Shown here piece after piece: positions 55,293 to 63,379 of a stretch of 63,591 bases of DNA. Position 1 is the first letter of the stretch, and each line of letters begins with the position of its first letter. Below the pieces are notes generated by a model that did not search any database, had not been told where the DNA came from, and saw nothing but the letters and a program-made list of their open reading frames with translations. The position numbers and the translations under genes were made by a program. The DNA comes from a virus (Duplodnaviria > Caudoviricetes): the IMG/VR virus record IMGVR_UViG_3300044835_000051, positions 1 to 63,591 of that record, one strand, 5' to 3'.

Positions 55293-56984
55293 TTACGATA
55301 CGTGCGTCGCGAGTTCTGCTACTGCCTTGCCGGGGTCCTGCAACTCGAATTGGTGCACGTCGACGACGCTGTCGCAATACCTTGCGAGATAGTCGAAGGG
55401 GCCACCTATGCCCAGACCAAACAGTCGCACGCCCTTCTCGACGAGGTGCGTGCGCAGCCGCTCGTCCTCGGGTCCATAGCCGGCATTCCCGTCGCCGACC
55501 ATGACGAGGTCCGCCATCTTGAAGGGCGCGGAGTCGTCCATTAGCTTCACTGCGGCGGTCACGCCGTTGATGGGTGTCGTGCCGCCGCCGAAAAAGTGGG
55601 AGCAAACATCTACGATGTCCTCGGCCTTTAGTGCGGCCTTGGCCCGGAACTCCCATGTCTTCGTCTGACCGCCGCTAGAGAACTCAACCACGCCGAAGTC
55701 GCGCTTCTCGATGCGCGCAATGTTCAGCAAGCAGAGCGTGATCGCACGCGCCCAGATATTGGGAGTTCCTTGCATTGAACCTGAGCCGTCGAGCACGATC
55801 ACGATCGGCCCCCGGCCGCTGTGCGCCTCGCCTTCGGTCGTGAACACGAGCAGCTCGCCCGCGGCGTACCGTGTGAGGAAGTCTAACTCTGTCTCGTCAT
55901 CGCCGAACAGTGCCAGCTCGCTCGGCAACACTCGGGCGAGATTGTCTCCGTAGGCGATGTCTACCAACTCATCGTTCCCGCCGACGACTCTCGTGGCGCG
56001 CAGGAAGCGGAACTCCCTGTCGCAGCGCCCGAATAACTCCGCGATCTTACGGAGCGATTCGTTCTCCGACCACATCTCCGCAATCGACAGCGCTTGCTCG
56101 GGCGATTCGTACGTCGGCTCGCCCGCGCCGAAGCCGGCGCCGAAGGACGGCATGCAGCCTGCGGCGTCAGCAGCCGCCTGACCCGCCTGCGCGGCCGTCT
56201 CGATCGCTTCGAGGGCCTGGCCGGACATCGGGGTCTGCTGAGCGGCAGCGGCGGCAGCGGCGGCCTGAGCGGCCCGCTTGTCCTTGACCGCCTGGCGAAT
56301 CTGGCCGACGAGATCACCGGGGACCGGCTGGCCGGCATCGCGGTAGCCCTGCGCCTGGCCGCGCAGGTCCACGAGGTTCTGGTAGTGCTGGCCGGCCTGC
56401 TCGGCGTGCTCGCGGTACTCCTCGGCCTCCTGGGCCTGAGTGACCAGCTCGTCGCCGAGCATGTCTTTCAGCACGTTGACCGCGGCGGTGGTCGCCATCG
56501 CGGCCATCGTCGCGTCGTCGCGGGTCGCATTGCGCGACTTCGCGTGCTCGTCCTGGTGCAGGAGCTTGGGCAATATGCGCTGGTGGAGCGCCACGCTCGG
56601 GTCGACCGCGTCGATGACGTCGGGCTGGTCGTGCGTGTGATAGCTCGTGAACACGTCGCGCGCCAGCTTTGTCCAGTTTGCGTACGGCGGCGCTGCGTCA
56701 CGCGCCGCCTTCGCCGCCTGAGCTTCGGCCTGCCACGCGACGATCTCCTCCCGCGTGGCAGTGGTGAAGTCGATGTCCGGCGGGTCGGGCACGTTCGGCG
56801 GAATCGCGGGCGCGTCCTCGACCGCGACCTTCTTGAAACGCGGGCTGTCGTCCACGAAGTTCTTGAACTCCATGTCGTCGATCGAGTCGTGGGTCACCGT
56901 CCAATCGGTCAACTTCAGTTTCGGCGTACCGATGTGCTTTCCCGTCTTGCCGCCGAGCAGGTCGGCGAGGTTGGTCATGGGCAT
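55293..56984 (-). CDS. vWA domain protein (ViaA/CoxE-like)
   Basis: MIDAS VLDGSGSM, FFGGGTT, VMVGDG; GDNLARVLPSEL; start MPMTNL at 56984. Confidence 0.85.
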   Translation of the reverse strand: MPMTNLADLLGGKTGKHIGTPKLKLTDWTVTHDSIDDMEFKNFVDDSPRFKKVAVEDAPAIPPNVPDPPDIDFTTATREEIVAWQAEAQAAKAARDAAPPYANWTKLARDVFTSYHTHDQPDVIDAVDPSVALHQRILPKLLHQDEHAKSRNATRDDATMAAMATTAAVNVLKDMLGDELVTQAQEAEEYREHAEQAGQHYQNLVDLRGQAQGYRDAGQPVPGDLVGQIRQAVKDKRAAQAAAAAAAAQQTPMSGQALEAIETAAQAGQAAADAAGCMPSFGAGFGAGEPTYESPEQALSIAEMWSENESLRKIAELFGRCDREFRFLRATRVVGGNDELVDIAYGDNLARVLPSELALFGDDETELDFLTRYAAGELLVFTTEGEAHSGRGPIVIVLDGSGSMQGTPNIWARAITLCLLNIARIEKRDFGVVEFSSGGQTKTWEFRAKAALKAEDIVDVCSHFFGGGTTPINGVTAAVKLMDDSAPFKMADLVMVGDGNAGYGPEDERLRTHLVEKGVRLFGLGIGGPFDYLARYCDSVVDVHQFELQDPGKAVAELATHVS

Positions 56985-56985
56985 C

Positions 56986-58173
56986 TCAGTCCTTTCCGAT
57001 GAACGTGGCTTCGGCCCAGTCGTACAGCTTGCCGAGTTCTCCGTGGACCTCGTCGAGCAGGCCGGTGTCTTCACCCTGGCTCTTGCCGTCCGCGATCTGT
57101 GCCTCGGCTTCGCGCTGGAGCTTCTTGACCTGGCGCATGAGGCCGAAGGTCTCCTTGAGCAACTCTTCGCGCTCGGCCTCGTCGGACGTCGCCTCGAACT
57201 TCGAGCGCTGGACCTCGATTGCCGCGACGACCGGCTCCATCGTGTCACGCAACCGCTGCGCCTTGCGAGTGAAGACGCTGGCGATTTCGAGCACGACCTC
57301 GCGAGCGGTCTCGCGGTTGTCGGGGTGGTTCCACCAAACATTCTGGCAGGGCAGGAAGTCGTCCGAGGCGACCATCGCGCGGCCCTGTGACCACGCCCGA
57401 GCCTTGATGAGCTTCCATGACTGGCCGATGCGACGCTGCGACGGCGGGTGACCATGCTCCAGCAGCTTCTGCTGGGCCTCGACCATCTTCTCGCGCATCG
57501 CGTCGGGCACCTCCACCTGACGCACCTCGTCGCGAATAGCGTGAATCTCCGCCAGCGTCAGCGGGACGAGACCATCGGTGTTGATGCCGTTCGTCTGGAA
57601 GTCCAACTGAATGTCGGTGACGGCACGCCGGCCCTCCGGCGTCCTGACCGGCTGCACGAACAGCGTGGCGCCGATACGATCGCGGAACGCCTGCAAGTCC
57701 TCGCGGTCGGGCAGCTCGTTCGAGGACATGACGATCGAGATGAGCTGACCACAGTCCACGACCTTGCCGCCGATCTTCAGCACCCGGTTCGCGGTGATGT
57801 CGAGCAGCGGGTTCAGCAGCGGCGGCGAGGACTTGAAAATCTCGTCGAGGTAGGCGAGGTTCGCCTTCGGCAGGTAGCCGTCCATGAGCCGGGCGATCTT
57901 GCCGGACTTCATCGCCATGATGTCACGCGGGCCGAGGAGTTCGTCGGCGCTCATGTCCTTGGCGAGTAGGTGGGTGAACAGCTCGGCGTCGGTGATGCAG
58001 TAGTTGGTGAGCAGTTCGAGCAGCCACGTCTTGCCGGTGCCCGGATCGCCGAGGAGGAGCACGTCGATGCCTGAGATGACGGACAGGCCGACGAGGTCGA
58101 CCGCTTCGGCGCGCTCGACGTTCTGCCGGTTCAGGAATGCGACGATGTCGGTGTACTTCGACAAGAGGGTCAC
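56986..58173 (-). CDS. MoxR-family AAA+ ATPase (RavA-like)
   Basis: GDPGTGKT, ELLGP, YLDEIFKSSPPLLNPLL, SSNELP, AFRDR; GGAG SD before GTG 58173. Confidence 0.9.
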   Translation of the reverse strand: MTLLSKYTDIVAFLNRQNVERAEAVDLVGLSVISGIDVLLLGDPGTGKTWLLELLTNYCITDAELFTHLLAKDMSADELLGPRDIMAMKSGKIARLMDGYLPKANLAYLDEIFKSSPPLLNPLLDITANRVLKIGGKVVDCGQLISIVMSSNELPDREDLQAFRDRIGATLFVQPVRTPEGRRAVTDIQLDFQTNGINTDGLVPLTLAEIHAIRDEVRQVEVPDAMREKMVEAQQKLLEHGHPPSQRRIGQSWKLIKARAWSQGRAMVASDDFLPCQNVWWNHPDNRETAREVVLEIASVFTRKAQRLRDTMEPVVAAIEVQRSKFEATSDEAEREELLKETFGLMRQVKKLQREAEAQIADGKSQGEDTGLLDEVHGELGKLYDWAEATFIGKD

Positions 58174-58332
58174 GAAGGGTCTCCAGTTGATTCGTAGGGA
58201 GCCGGGGTGTAGCACGATACCACACCGCCGAGGACGACATCACTGCCGAGTATCTCCGACAGGTTCGTTGCGAGGTTCATACCCGCCTGGCGGCCCTCCT
58301 CCGGGTCGTCACATTCGATGGGCACGTGCATG
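58170..58332 (-). CDS. Small hypothetical protein
   Basis: MHVPIECDDPEEG.. fills gap and is coupled to MoxR start; start uncertain. Confidence 0.45.
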
Positions 58333-58345
58333 ATGAGTACGCAGA

Positions 58346-58708
58346 TCACTCGGCTTCGGCCCTGAGTCGGAGATTGTGTTCGAGGTTCGTCTCTTCCGCG
58401 GGCGCCTCGATGAAGTCCCTGACCGTTTCGTCGGTGTGCTTGGCGAGCCTGCGGAATGAGTGAAGGAACCTGAGCACCTCGCCGGCCTCCTCGTCGGCCT
58501 CCTTGTCGCCGGGGAGCAGGTACCCGACGATGCGGTCGAACTCGCCGTCGAGGGCTTCCTTCAGTCGCGAGAGCTTGCGAACCTCGACGCCGGCCGTGTC
58601 CAGCTCGATCTCGTGGGCGATGTCCCATAGGGTCGCGCTCAGTTCGGGTGGCGTGTCGACGGCCTTCGCGATTTCATACAGCCGGTGAACTTCGTCGCGG
58701 GTGGCCAT
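58346..58708 (-). CDS. Hypothetical protein
   Basis: 120-aa ORF, GAGG SD. Confidence 0.6.
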   Translation of the reverse strand: MATRDEVHRLYEIAKAVDTPPELSATLWDIAHEIELDTAGVEVRKLSRLKEALDGEFDRIVGYLLPGDKEADEEAGEVLRFLHSFRRLAKHTDETVRDFIEAPAEETNLEHNLRLRAEAE

Positions 58709-58791
58709 TACCTCTTGTCCTCCTTGTCCTTGTTGTCCATGAGCGTCATGGCGATGATGAACAGAATCACGATGATGAAGAGGGTGGTCAT
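58708..58791 (-). CDS. 27-aa single-pass membrane peptide
   Basis: MTTLFIIVILFIIAMTLMDNKDKEDKR; GAGGAG SD, coupled both sides. Confidence 0.55.
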   Translation of the reverse strand: MTTLFIIVILFIIAMTLMDNKDKEDKR

Positions 58792-59051
58792 GCGGTCTCC
58801 TCGGCGTAGACGAACGCCACGTAGTCGGGGTTGATGTAGGCGCTCTGAGTGCGCTGGAGGTAGGGGTCGACGGGCGGCCCGGTGCGCGGGACCGTGGCCT
58901 TGCGATGGTCGTTCCTGTCGCCCCACACGCCGAACAGAATCTCGCCGGCCTTCAGGAGATCGCGCGTGGCGTTGATGGCTTCGATCGCGGTGAAGTCGGT
59001 GTCGCCCACTTCGAGCGTGAAGCGGCCCCCCTGGCTGAGCGCTATCGTCAC
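58788..59051 (-). CDS. Small hypothetical protein
   Basis: 87-aa ORF. Confidence 0.55.
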   Translation of the reverse strand: MTIALSQGGRFTLEVGDTDFTAIEAINATRDLLKAGEILFGVWGDRNDHRKATVPRTGPPVDPYLQRTQSAYINPDYVAFVYAEETA

Positions 59052-59056
59052 GAGCG

Positions 59057-59773
59057 TTACGGTGTAACTCCAGTCGGTTCGATAGTGATGACGTCGGCGC
59101 AGGCCCAGTACTCGGCCTCGGCTTTCTCGCGGGCGATCTCTTCGGCGCAGCCTTCGGCCATCGCGTTGCCTTCGGACACGAGGTACTCGCGGTCCTTCGG
59201 GTCGAACGGGTCGGCGATGAAGCCCCAGACCGAGTCGAGGAGGACGCCGGGGATGCCGTCACTCATCGTCGGTTCGCGGATGACGATGCCGACCACGTCG
59301 CCTTGCAGCCACTTGTCCAGCTCACCGATGCGAGCCTCGGCGTACTTGGTGGCGTCGTCAACGCTGCCGGACCATTCGGTGCCAAGGTCCTTCCGGGTGA
59401 AGCAGATCGCGGCGTTCGGGTCGTCGTTGTTCATGCGGAGACGGCAGCCGTTCGAGCCGTGGTCCTCGAAGCGCAGCCCGATCGTCAGCACGGCGCCGTA
59501 CCCGTGGCGCATGTACTGCGGCAGGTCGCAGTCGACATAGCCACCGCCGCCGCACTTCTCGCAGCTCGACAGGTCCTCATAGCCTTCGCAGTCCGGGCAG
59601 TCCAGTGTGAGGTCCGGTTCGCCGATCGTCTCGTCGCCGTCGAAGTCGCGCGTCCACGAGTAGATCGTGCCGGCGTTGTCATTCTGCTGCGGATCGGCGT
59701 AGGAGCCGTCCTCGTCGTGCACGAACTCGACTACGAGCCCGGCATGTTCGTAGCTGTCGGCCACCTCAGTCAT
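59057..59773 (-). CDS. Conserved phage protein with DnaJ-like zinc-finger insert
   Basis: MTEVADS start with GAGG SD; CPDCEG..CEKCGGGG; WLQGDVVG..DSVWGF. Confidence 0.65.
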   Translation of the reverse strand: MTEVADSYEHAGLVVEFVHDEDGSYADPQQNDNAGTIYSWTRDFDGDETIGEPDLTLDCPDCEGYEDLSSCEKCGGGGYVDCDLPQYMRHGYGAVLTIGLRFEDHGSNGCRLRMNNDDPNAAICFTRKDLGTEWSGSVDDATKYAEARIGELDKWLQGDVVGIVIREPTMSDGIPGVLLDSVWGFIADPFDPKDREYLVSEGNAMAEGCAEEIAREKAEAEYWACADVITIEPTGVTP

Positions 59774-60039
59774 TGCCCTTCCTCCCAAATGTTGCGGGCG
59801 ACACGCTCCCAATCGGCAGCGTTCTCGGGGTCGCCTCCGATGATCTGCCGGGCGGCCTGCTCGAACGTCATGCTGGAGTCGAGTTCGATGACGAGCTTGG
59901 CGAGTTCGATGGCGTCGTCCTCGATGATGTTCGCGAGCGCGTCTGTGACGTCGTCCTCGATGTCGGTGCCGTCGTTGATGTCGAGAATGCGCCGCGCGAC
60001 AACGCGCAGTCGTGCCAGTTCGTTGGTGTGGTCGGTCAT
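59770..60039 (-). CDS. Small hypothetical protein
   Basis: GGAGG SD, coupled. Confidence 0.6.
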   Translation of the reverse strand: MTDHTNELARLRVVARRILDINDGTDIEDDVTDALANIIEDDAIELAKLVIELDSSMTFEQAARQIIGGDPENAADWERVARNIWEEGQ

Positions 60040-60416
60040 TACGATTGAACCTCCGTTGAGCCGTGGCCGTCGCCGGTGTGTTCGGGGTACTCGCTTTCCA
60101 GTCCGGCGAGCGTGCTCTCACACAACTTCGCCCAGTCGTTGTAAAGGTCACTAAGGTTGGCTTCGATCTGCGTGTCCGTGAAGCGGTCGGCCGCGCCATC
60201 GTGGAACTCGCGGAACGCCTGGACGCTTGTGTCGATGATCGAATCGCTCGCGCCGTAAGGGTCAAACCCACCCTTGAGTCGCCATTCGTCGAGTGCCTGC
60301 ACCAACTCGGCGAGTTCTACGGCGGCCTCGACGACGGAGACTTGGTCCTTCCACGCTCCGTCGATGATCTCTTTGGCCAGCTCACGCTGGCGCTTGAGGT
60401 TCTCGTTCGGGTCCAT
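60039..60416 (-). CDS. Hypothetical protein (MDPNENL..LDEW..KGGF family)
   Basis: 125-aa ORF. Confidence 0.6.
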   Translation of the reverse strand: MDPNENLKRQRELAKEIIDGAWKDQVSVVEAAVELAELVQALDEWRLKGGFDPYGASDSIIDTSVQAFREFHDGAADRFTDTQIEANLSDLYNDWAKLCESTLAGLESEYPEHTGDGHGSTEVQS

Positions 60417-60890
60417 CTAGCACCACTCCCAGGTCCGGTTCAGTAGGGTCGGGTCGTCTGCCTTGGTGATCGTGGCCGTGTAGCAAGAGTTCCCGGCATG
60501 GCCGTCGCCCGTGTGCGGCCACACGATCTCCTGCCACCAGTCCTCGTCGATCACGTCACGCGCGGGCAGTTCGATGTCAAGCTCGGAGTGGTGCCCGTCC
60601 TCGTAGTCGTTCTCGATGTGGACAGTGACCTGCGGTCCGAGGAGTTCGCGCATCAGGTTCTCGACCGCCTGGCGCACCTCCGAGGTCTCCGGCAGGTGGG
60701 CAACCTCCGCGATGTGGTTGCATGCCCAGTCGGTCATCTCCGGGTCTTCGCGGTCGAAGTCCTTGGGACCGTTGAACGATGAGCCGAGGTCGATCTCGAA
60801 GCGCTCGACCGTCACGTCACCTTCAGTTTCGGTGACGTAGGTGTTCTCGAAGTCCGGGTCGCGGATCACCAGTTCGATTACGCGCGCCAT
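60417..60890 (-). CDS. Acidic hypothetical protein
   Basis: 157-aa ORF, GAGGA SD. Confidence 0.65.
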   Translation of the reverse strand: MARVIELVIRDPDFENTYVTETEGDVTVERFEIDLGSSFNGPKDFDREDPEMTDWACNHIAEVAHLPETSEVRQAVENLMRELLGPQVTVHIENDYEDGHHSELDIELPARDVIDEDWWQEIVWPHTGDGHAGNSCYTATITKADDPTLLNRTWEWC

Positions 60891-61108
60891 CAGTCGTCCT
60901 CTCTCGCTTTCCAGAGCAACTCGGCGCTGAAGTGACCTTCGGCGGACCCGACGGCCATGTCGAAGTCAAGCCCCTTGCTCTCGCAGTAGTGCATGATGTT
61001 CGCGAGCGCGTCTGTGACGTCGGTCTGGTCGTCGTTCATGCCGATGTCAGGCGAGCCGGCCACGATCGCTCGATAGCCGAAGCCTGCGCGGTCCTCGTTC
61101 GTCTGCAT
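60890..61108 (-). CDS. Small helical hypothetical protein
   Basis: MQTNEDRA..DALANIMHYC..F..E; GGAGGAG SD. Confidence 0.65.
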   Translation of the reverse strand: MQTNEDRAGFGYRAIVAGSPDIGMNDDQTDVTDALANIMHYCESKGLDFDMAVGSAEGHFSAELLWKAREDD

Positions 61109-61110
61109 GG

Positions 61111-61263
61111 TCACTCCTCCTCGTAGCCGTCGAACCACCGGCCGCCGTGCTCGGCGTCGTCGCCCCTGGTCGAGTCGTCGTTGCAGTGCGCCCGCGCCCG
61201 TTCGAGCGTAAGGCCAGTCTCGATGACCTCGTGGTTGTGCTCGTTCGCTTCGTCGGCATTCGG
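61111..61263 (-). pseudogene. Start-less remnant (or readthrough extension) of a small phage protein
   Basis: Frame reads PNADEANEHNHEVIETGLTLERARAHCNDD..WFDGYEEE* directly after the TGA of 61264-61632; nearby SD-ATG (61259) is out of frame. Confidence 0.5.
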
Positions 61264-61632
61264 TCAGACTCCAGTTCGTTCGTAGGAGCGCGGGAGGTGG
61301 CGCAGGAACTCGACATTCTCGCCCTTCGGCATGTACTCGCGGCATTGCCGCTTGAAGTCCTCGACGCCCTTGTACTGACCGACGATCGCGTTCGGGTCGC
61401 GCTTGAGCAGGTCGGCGATCAGCCAACCCCACGCGGTCCACGATGCGGCCCTCTCGCCGGGACGACCGTTCGCGGCGCGCTTCCCGTACATGCTGGAGCA
61501 GTAGAAGGTGATGCCACCGCGAGGTGCCGTGATGATGCTCGCGACGTCGATGTCATGGCCCTTCGAGCGCGCGTAACGCGCAGCGGCGTACACGTCAGCT
61601 TCCTTGAGCGTGGTTCGAGACTGGATTCGCAT
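61264..61632 (-). CDS. Conserved phage hypothetical protein
   Basis: AASWTAWGWLIADLLKRDPNA..Y..VEDF. Confidence 0.65.
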   Translation of the reverse strand: MRIQSRTTLKEADVYAAARYARSKGHDIDVASIITAPRGGITFYCSSMYGKRAANGRPGERAASWTAWGWLIADLLKRDPNAIVGQYKGVEDFKRQCREYMPKGENVEFLRHLPRSYERTGV

Positions 61633-61644
61633 GATGTCCGTTCG

Positions 61645-62049
61645 TTAGACGTCCGCGGTTCCGTCGCCGCAGTCGTAAGGGTGGTGATCGTCGGGCTCGC
61701 CGTAGACCTTCGCAGCGGCCGTGAGCCGTTCGCCCAGCTCACCGAGCCCGCGGTCCCAGAAGCCGCCGCCGTGGCCGCAGCGCGTCAGCCAGAAGTCGTG
61801 GCCGGCGTAGGAATCGACCGACCCTTGGCTCGGGTCGTAAGCGCATCGTTCGCAGTAGAGCAGTAGGTCGGCTTCGTTCGCCTCGCAAAACGCGCGACAG
61901 TCAACACTCATCTTCTCGCGCGCGCCTTCGCGCAGTTGGAGGTGCTCACGACCACCGAACTCGCCATCGGGGTCATTCTCGGGCGGCATGCAGTCCGCCC
62001 ACAGCGCACACTCGACGTAGCCGTCTATGAACCGTTCGATGTCGATCAC
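61645..62049 (-). CDS. Conserved phage hypothetical protein
   Basis: FIDGYVECALW..AGHDFWLTRCGHGGGFWDRG. Confidence 0.75.
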   Translation of the reverse strand: MIDIERFIDGYVECALWADCMPPENDPDGEFGGREHLQLREGAREKMSVDCRAFCEANEADLLLYCERCAYDPSQGSVDSYAGHDFWLTRCGHGGGFWDRGLGELGERLTAAAKVYGEPDDHHPYDCGDGTADV

Positions 62050-62384
62050 GAGTCACACCGAATGCAGTTGCAGTCGTGTACGCCATCAGGAACTCCGTCG
62101 TAGTAGGTGGCGCAGACGATACGTTCGCCGTTGTCGACGTAGCGAAACAGCACGCCAGAGAAGAACGAGTCGTGGGCGATTCCGTCCCAGCCGGGTATGG
62201 GCGACAGCATGATGTCGCCGAGGTGGTAGACCCAGCGCTTGTAGCGCACGAACGACGCAGAGTCTTCGCCGCGTTCGAGCTTGTCCCAGTCCAGGTAGTC
62301 GAACTCTTCACGCTCTTTCGCGGTCAGTTCGTAGCTGTCGAGAATGTCGCGCGGCACGTTGTTCGTCGTGATCTCCAGCGCCAT
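62046..62384 (-). CDS. Conserved phage hypothetical protein
   Basis: ITTNNVPR..EFDYLDW..FVRYK..WDG..HDSFFSG; start MALEI at 62384. Confidence 0.7.
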   Translation of the reverse strand: MALEITTNNVPRDILDSYELTAKEREEFDYLDWDKLERGEDSASFVRYKRWVYHLGDIMLSPIPGWDGIAHDSFFSGVLFRYVDNGERIVCATYYDGVPDGVHDCNCIRCDS

Positions 62385-62617
62385 CAGGAACTCTGTTCGT
62401 TCGGCGTGAACCGTTCGATAGTGGTGCGAAGCGCCGAGGTGATCGCAGACGTGGCTTCGAGGTCTTCGAGGTCTTTGAGCCTCACGACCGCGCAAATCTG
62501 GCGCCCGTGATAGGCGTTATACGCCACCGGAACCTCCGCCATGACCTTGCCGCGAGTGTCCGGGTCGAGGTGGTACATCAGCGCATCGAGGAGCTGGTTC
62601 TTCTCGTGGTCGGTCAT
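62384..62617 (-). CDS. Small hypothetical protein
   Basis: GGAGGA SD, TGATG coupling. Confidence 0.6.
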   Translation of the reverse strand: MTDHEKNQLLDALMYHLDPDTRGKVMAEVPVAYNAYHGRQICAVVRLKDLEDLEATSAITSALRTTIERFTPNEQSS

Positions 62618-62970
62618 CAGTCCTCCAGTAGTGGGCAGTCGTCATGCAGGCGCACGATCACGTAGCCGTCGTTGGCGTACACGCGCACGTGGTCGGGCAG
62701 ACCGCCCTCGGCGTGATCGGCGAGATCGAAGGCGGCCTCCTGGTCGTCGGGGTTCGCGAACCACCCGCCGGCACGCTCCGCCCCTTCGAGCCGCTTCAGC
62801 TCCGCGACATCGCGTGAGGACAGCACGGCGCCGCATTCGGTGCAGTCGTTGACCCTCACCAGCGCCAGCCCGTCGGCCGTTCGCAGGCTTGCGCCCTCGC
62901 GAACCACCAGCACCGTGCCGTGCTCGTAGCATGGGCCAGTCTCATGGCTGCAATCGCAGGTTTCGGGCAT
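62617..62970 (-). CDS. Cys-containing hypothetical protein, first gene of - strand arm
   Basis: GGAG SD before MPETCDC; directly downstream of promoter. Confidence 0.6.
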   Translation of the reverse strand: MPETCDCSHETGPCYEHGTVLVVREGASLRTADGLALVRVNDCTECGAVLSSRDVAELKRLEGAERAGGWFANPDDQEAAFDLADHAEGGLPDHVRVYANDGYVIVRLHDDCPLLED

Positions 62971-62996
62971 TCTGGCTCCCAAGGTCGAAAATGTGC

Positions 62997-63025
62997 ACTG
63001 TAGCGTGCCGTTCGTTACGGTTCAA
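62997..63025 (-). promoter_or_regulatory. SigA/sigma70-like early promoter
   Basis: On - strand TTGAAC (63025-63020), 17-nt spacer, TACAGT (63002-62997), about 27 nt before the first gene. Confidence 0.65.
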
Positions 63026-63339
63026 CGGTCGTTCGCACGGATATGCGCGGTTAGCGCGATAGTCGAGATCGCGAACGAGCGGGTGCGGCTTTGCCCCGCG
63101 ACCCTGCGCAACAGAGCGTCCAGGTCACGGGGCTAAGCTCTCGCAGAGCCACGGATATGTCTTCGCGATCGTGGTCGCGCACACTGCCGTTCGTGCTTCT
63201 CGTGTGTTCGCGGGCGCATACGCACAGTGCCGGAGTTTCGCCGTTGGTCTAACCGCTCGCTCGTGCGCGAGACTGACTGCCGTTGTAACTGTGCTGCGCT
63301 GGCCGCTATTTGCTCCGGCCGAAGATGTGGGACAGCTCG

Positions 63340-63379
63340 GCTACTGAGCGCGTGCGATCTCTCACACGCGCTCAGTAGC
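63340..63379. repeat. Perfect 15-bp inverted repeat (hairpin)
   Basis: GCTACTGAGCGCGTG-N10-CACGCGCTCAGTAGC. Confidence 0.85.

Noticed and set aside
56985-57455. N-terminal 157 aa of the 720-aa vWA ORF call
   Set aside because: Ser/Arg-rich alternate frame of the MoxR gene; real start is probably 56984
43471-62970. Integron-like cassette array served by the tyrosine recombinase
   Set aside because: Genes are translationally coupled with no intergenic attC-like palindromes or regular repeat at gene boundaries
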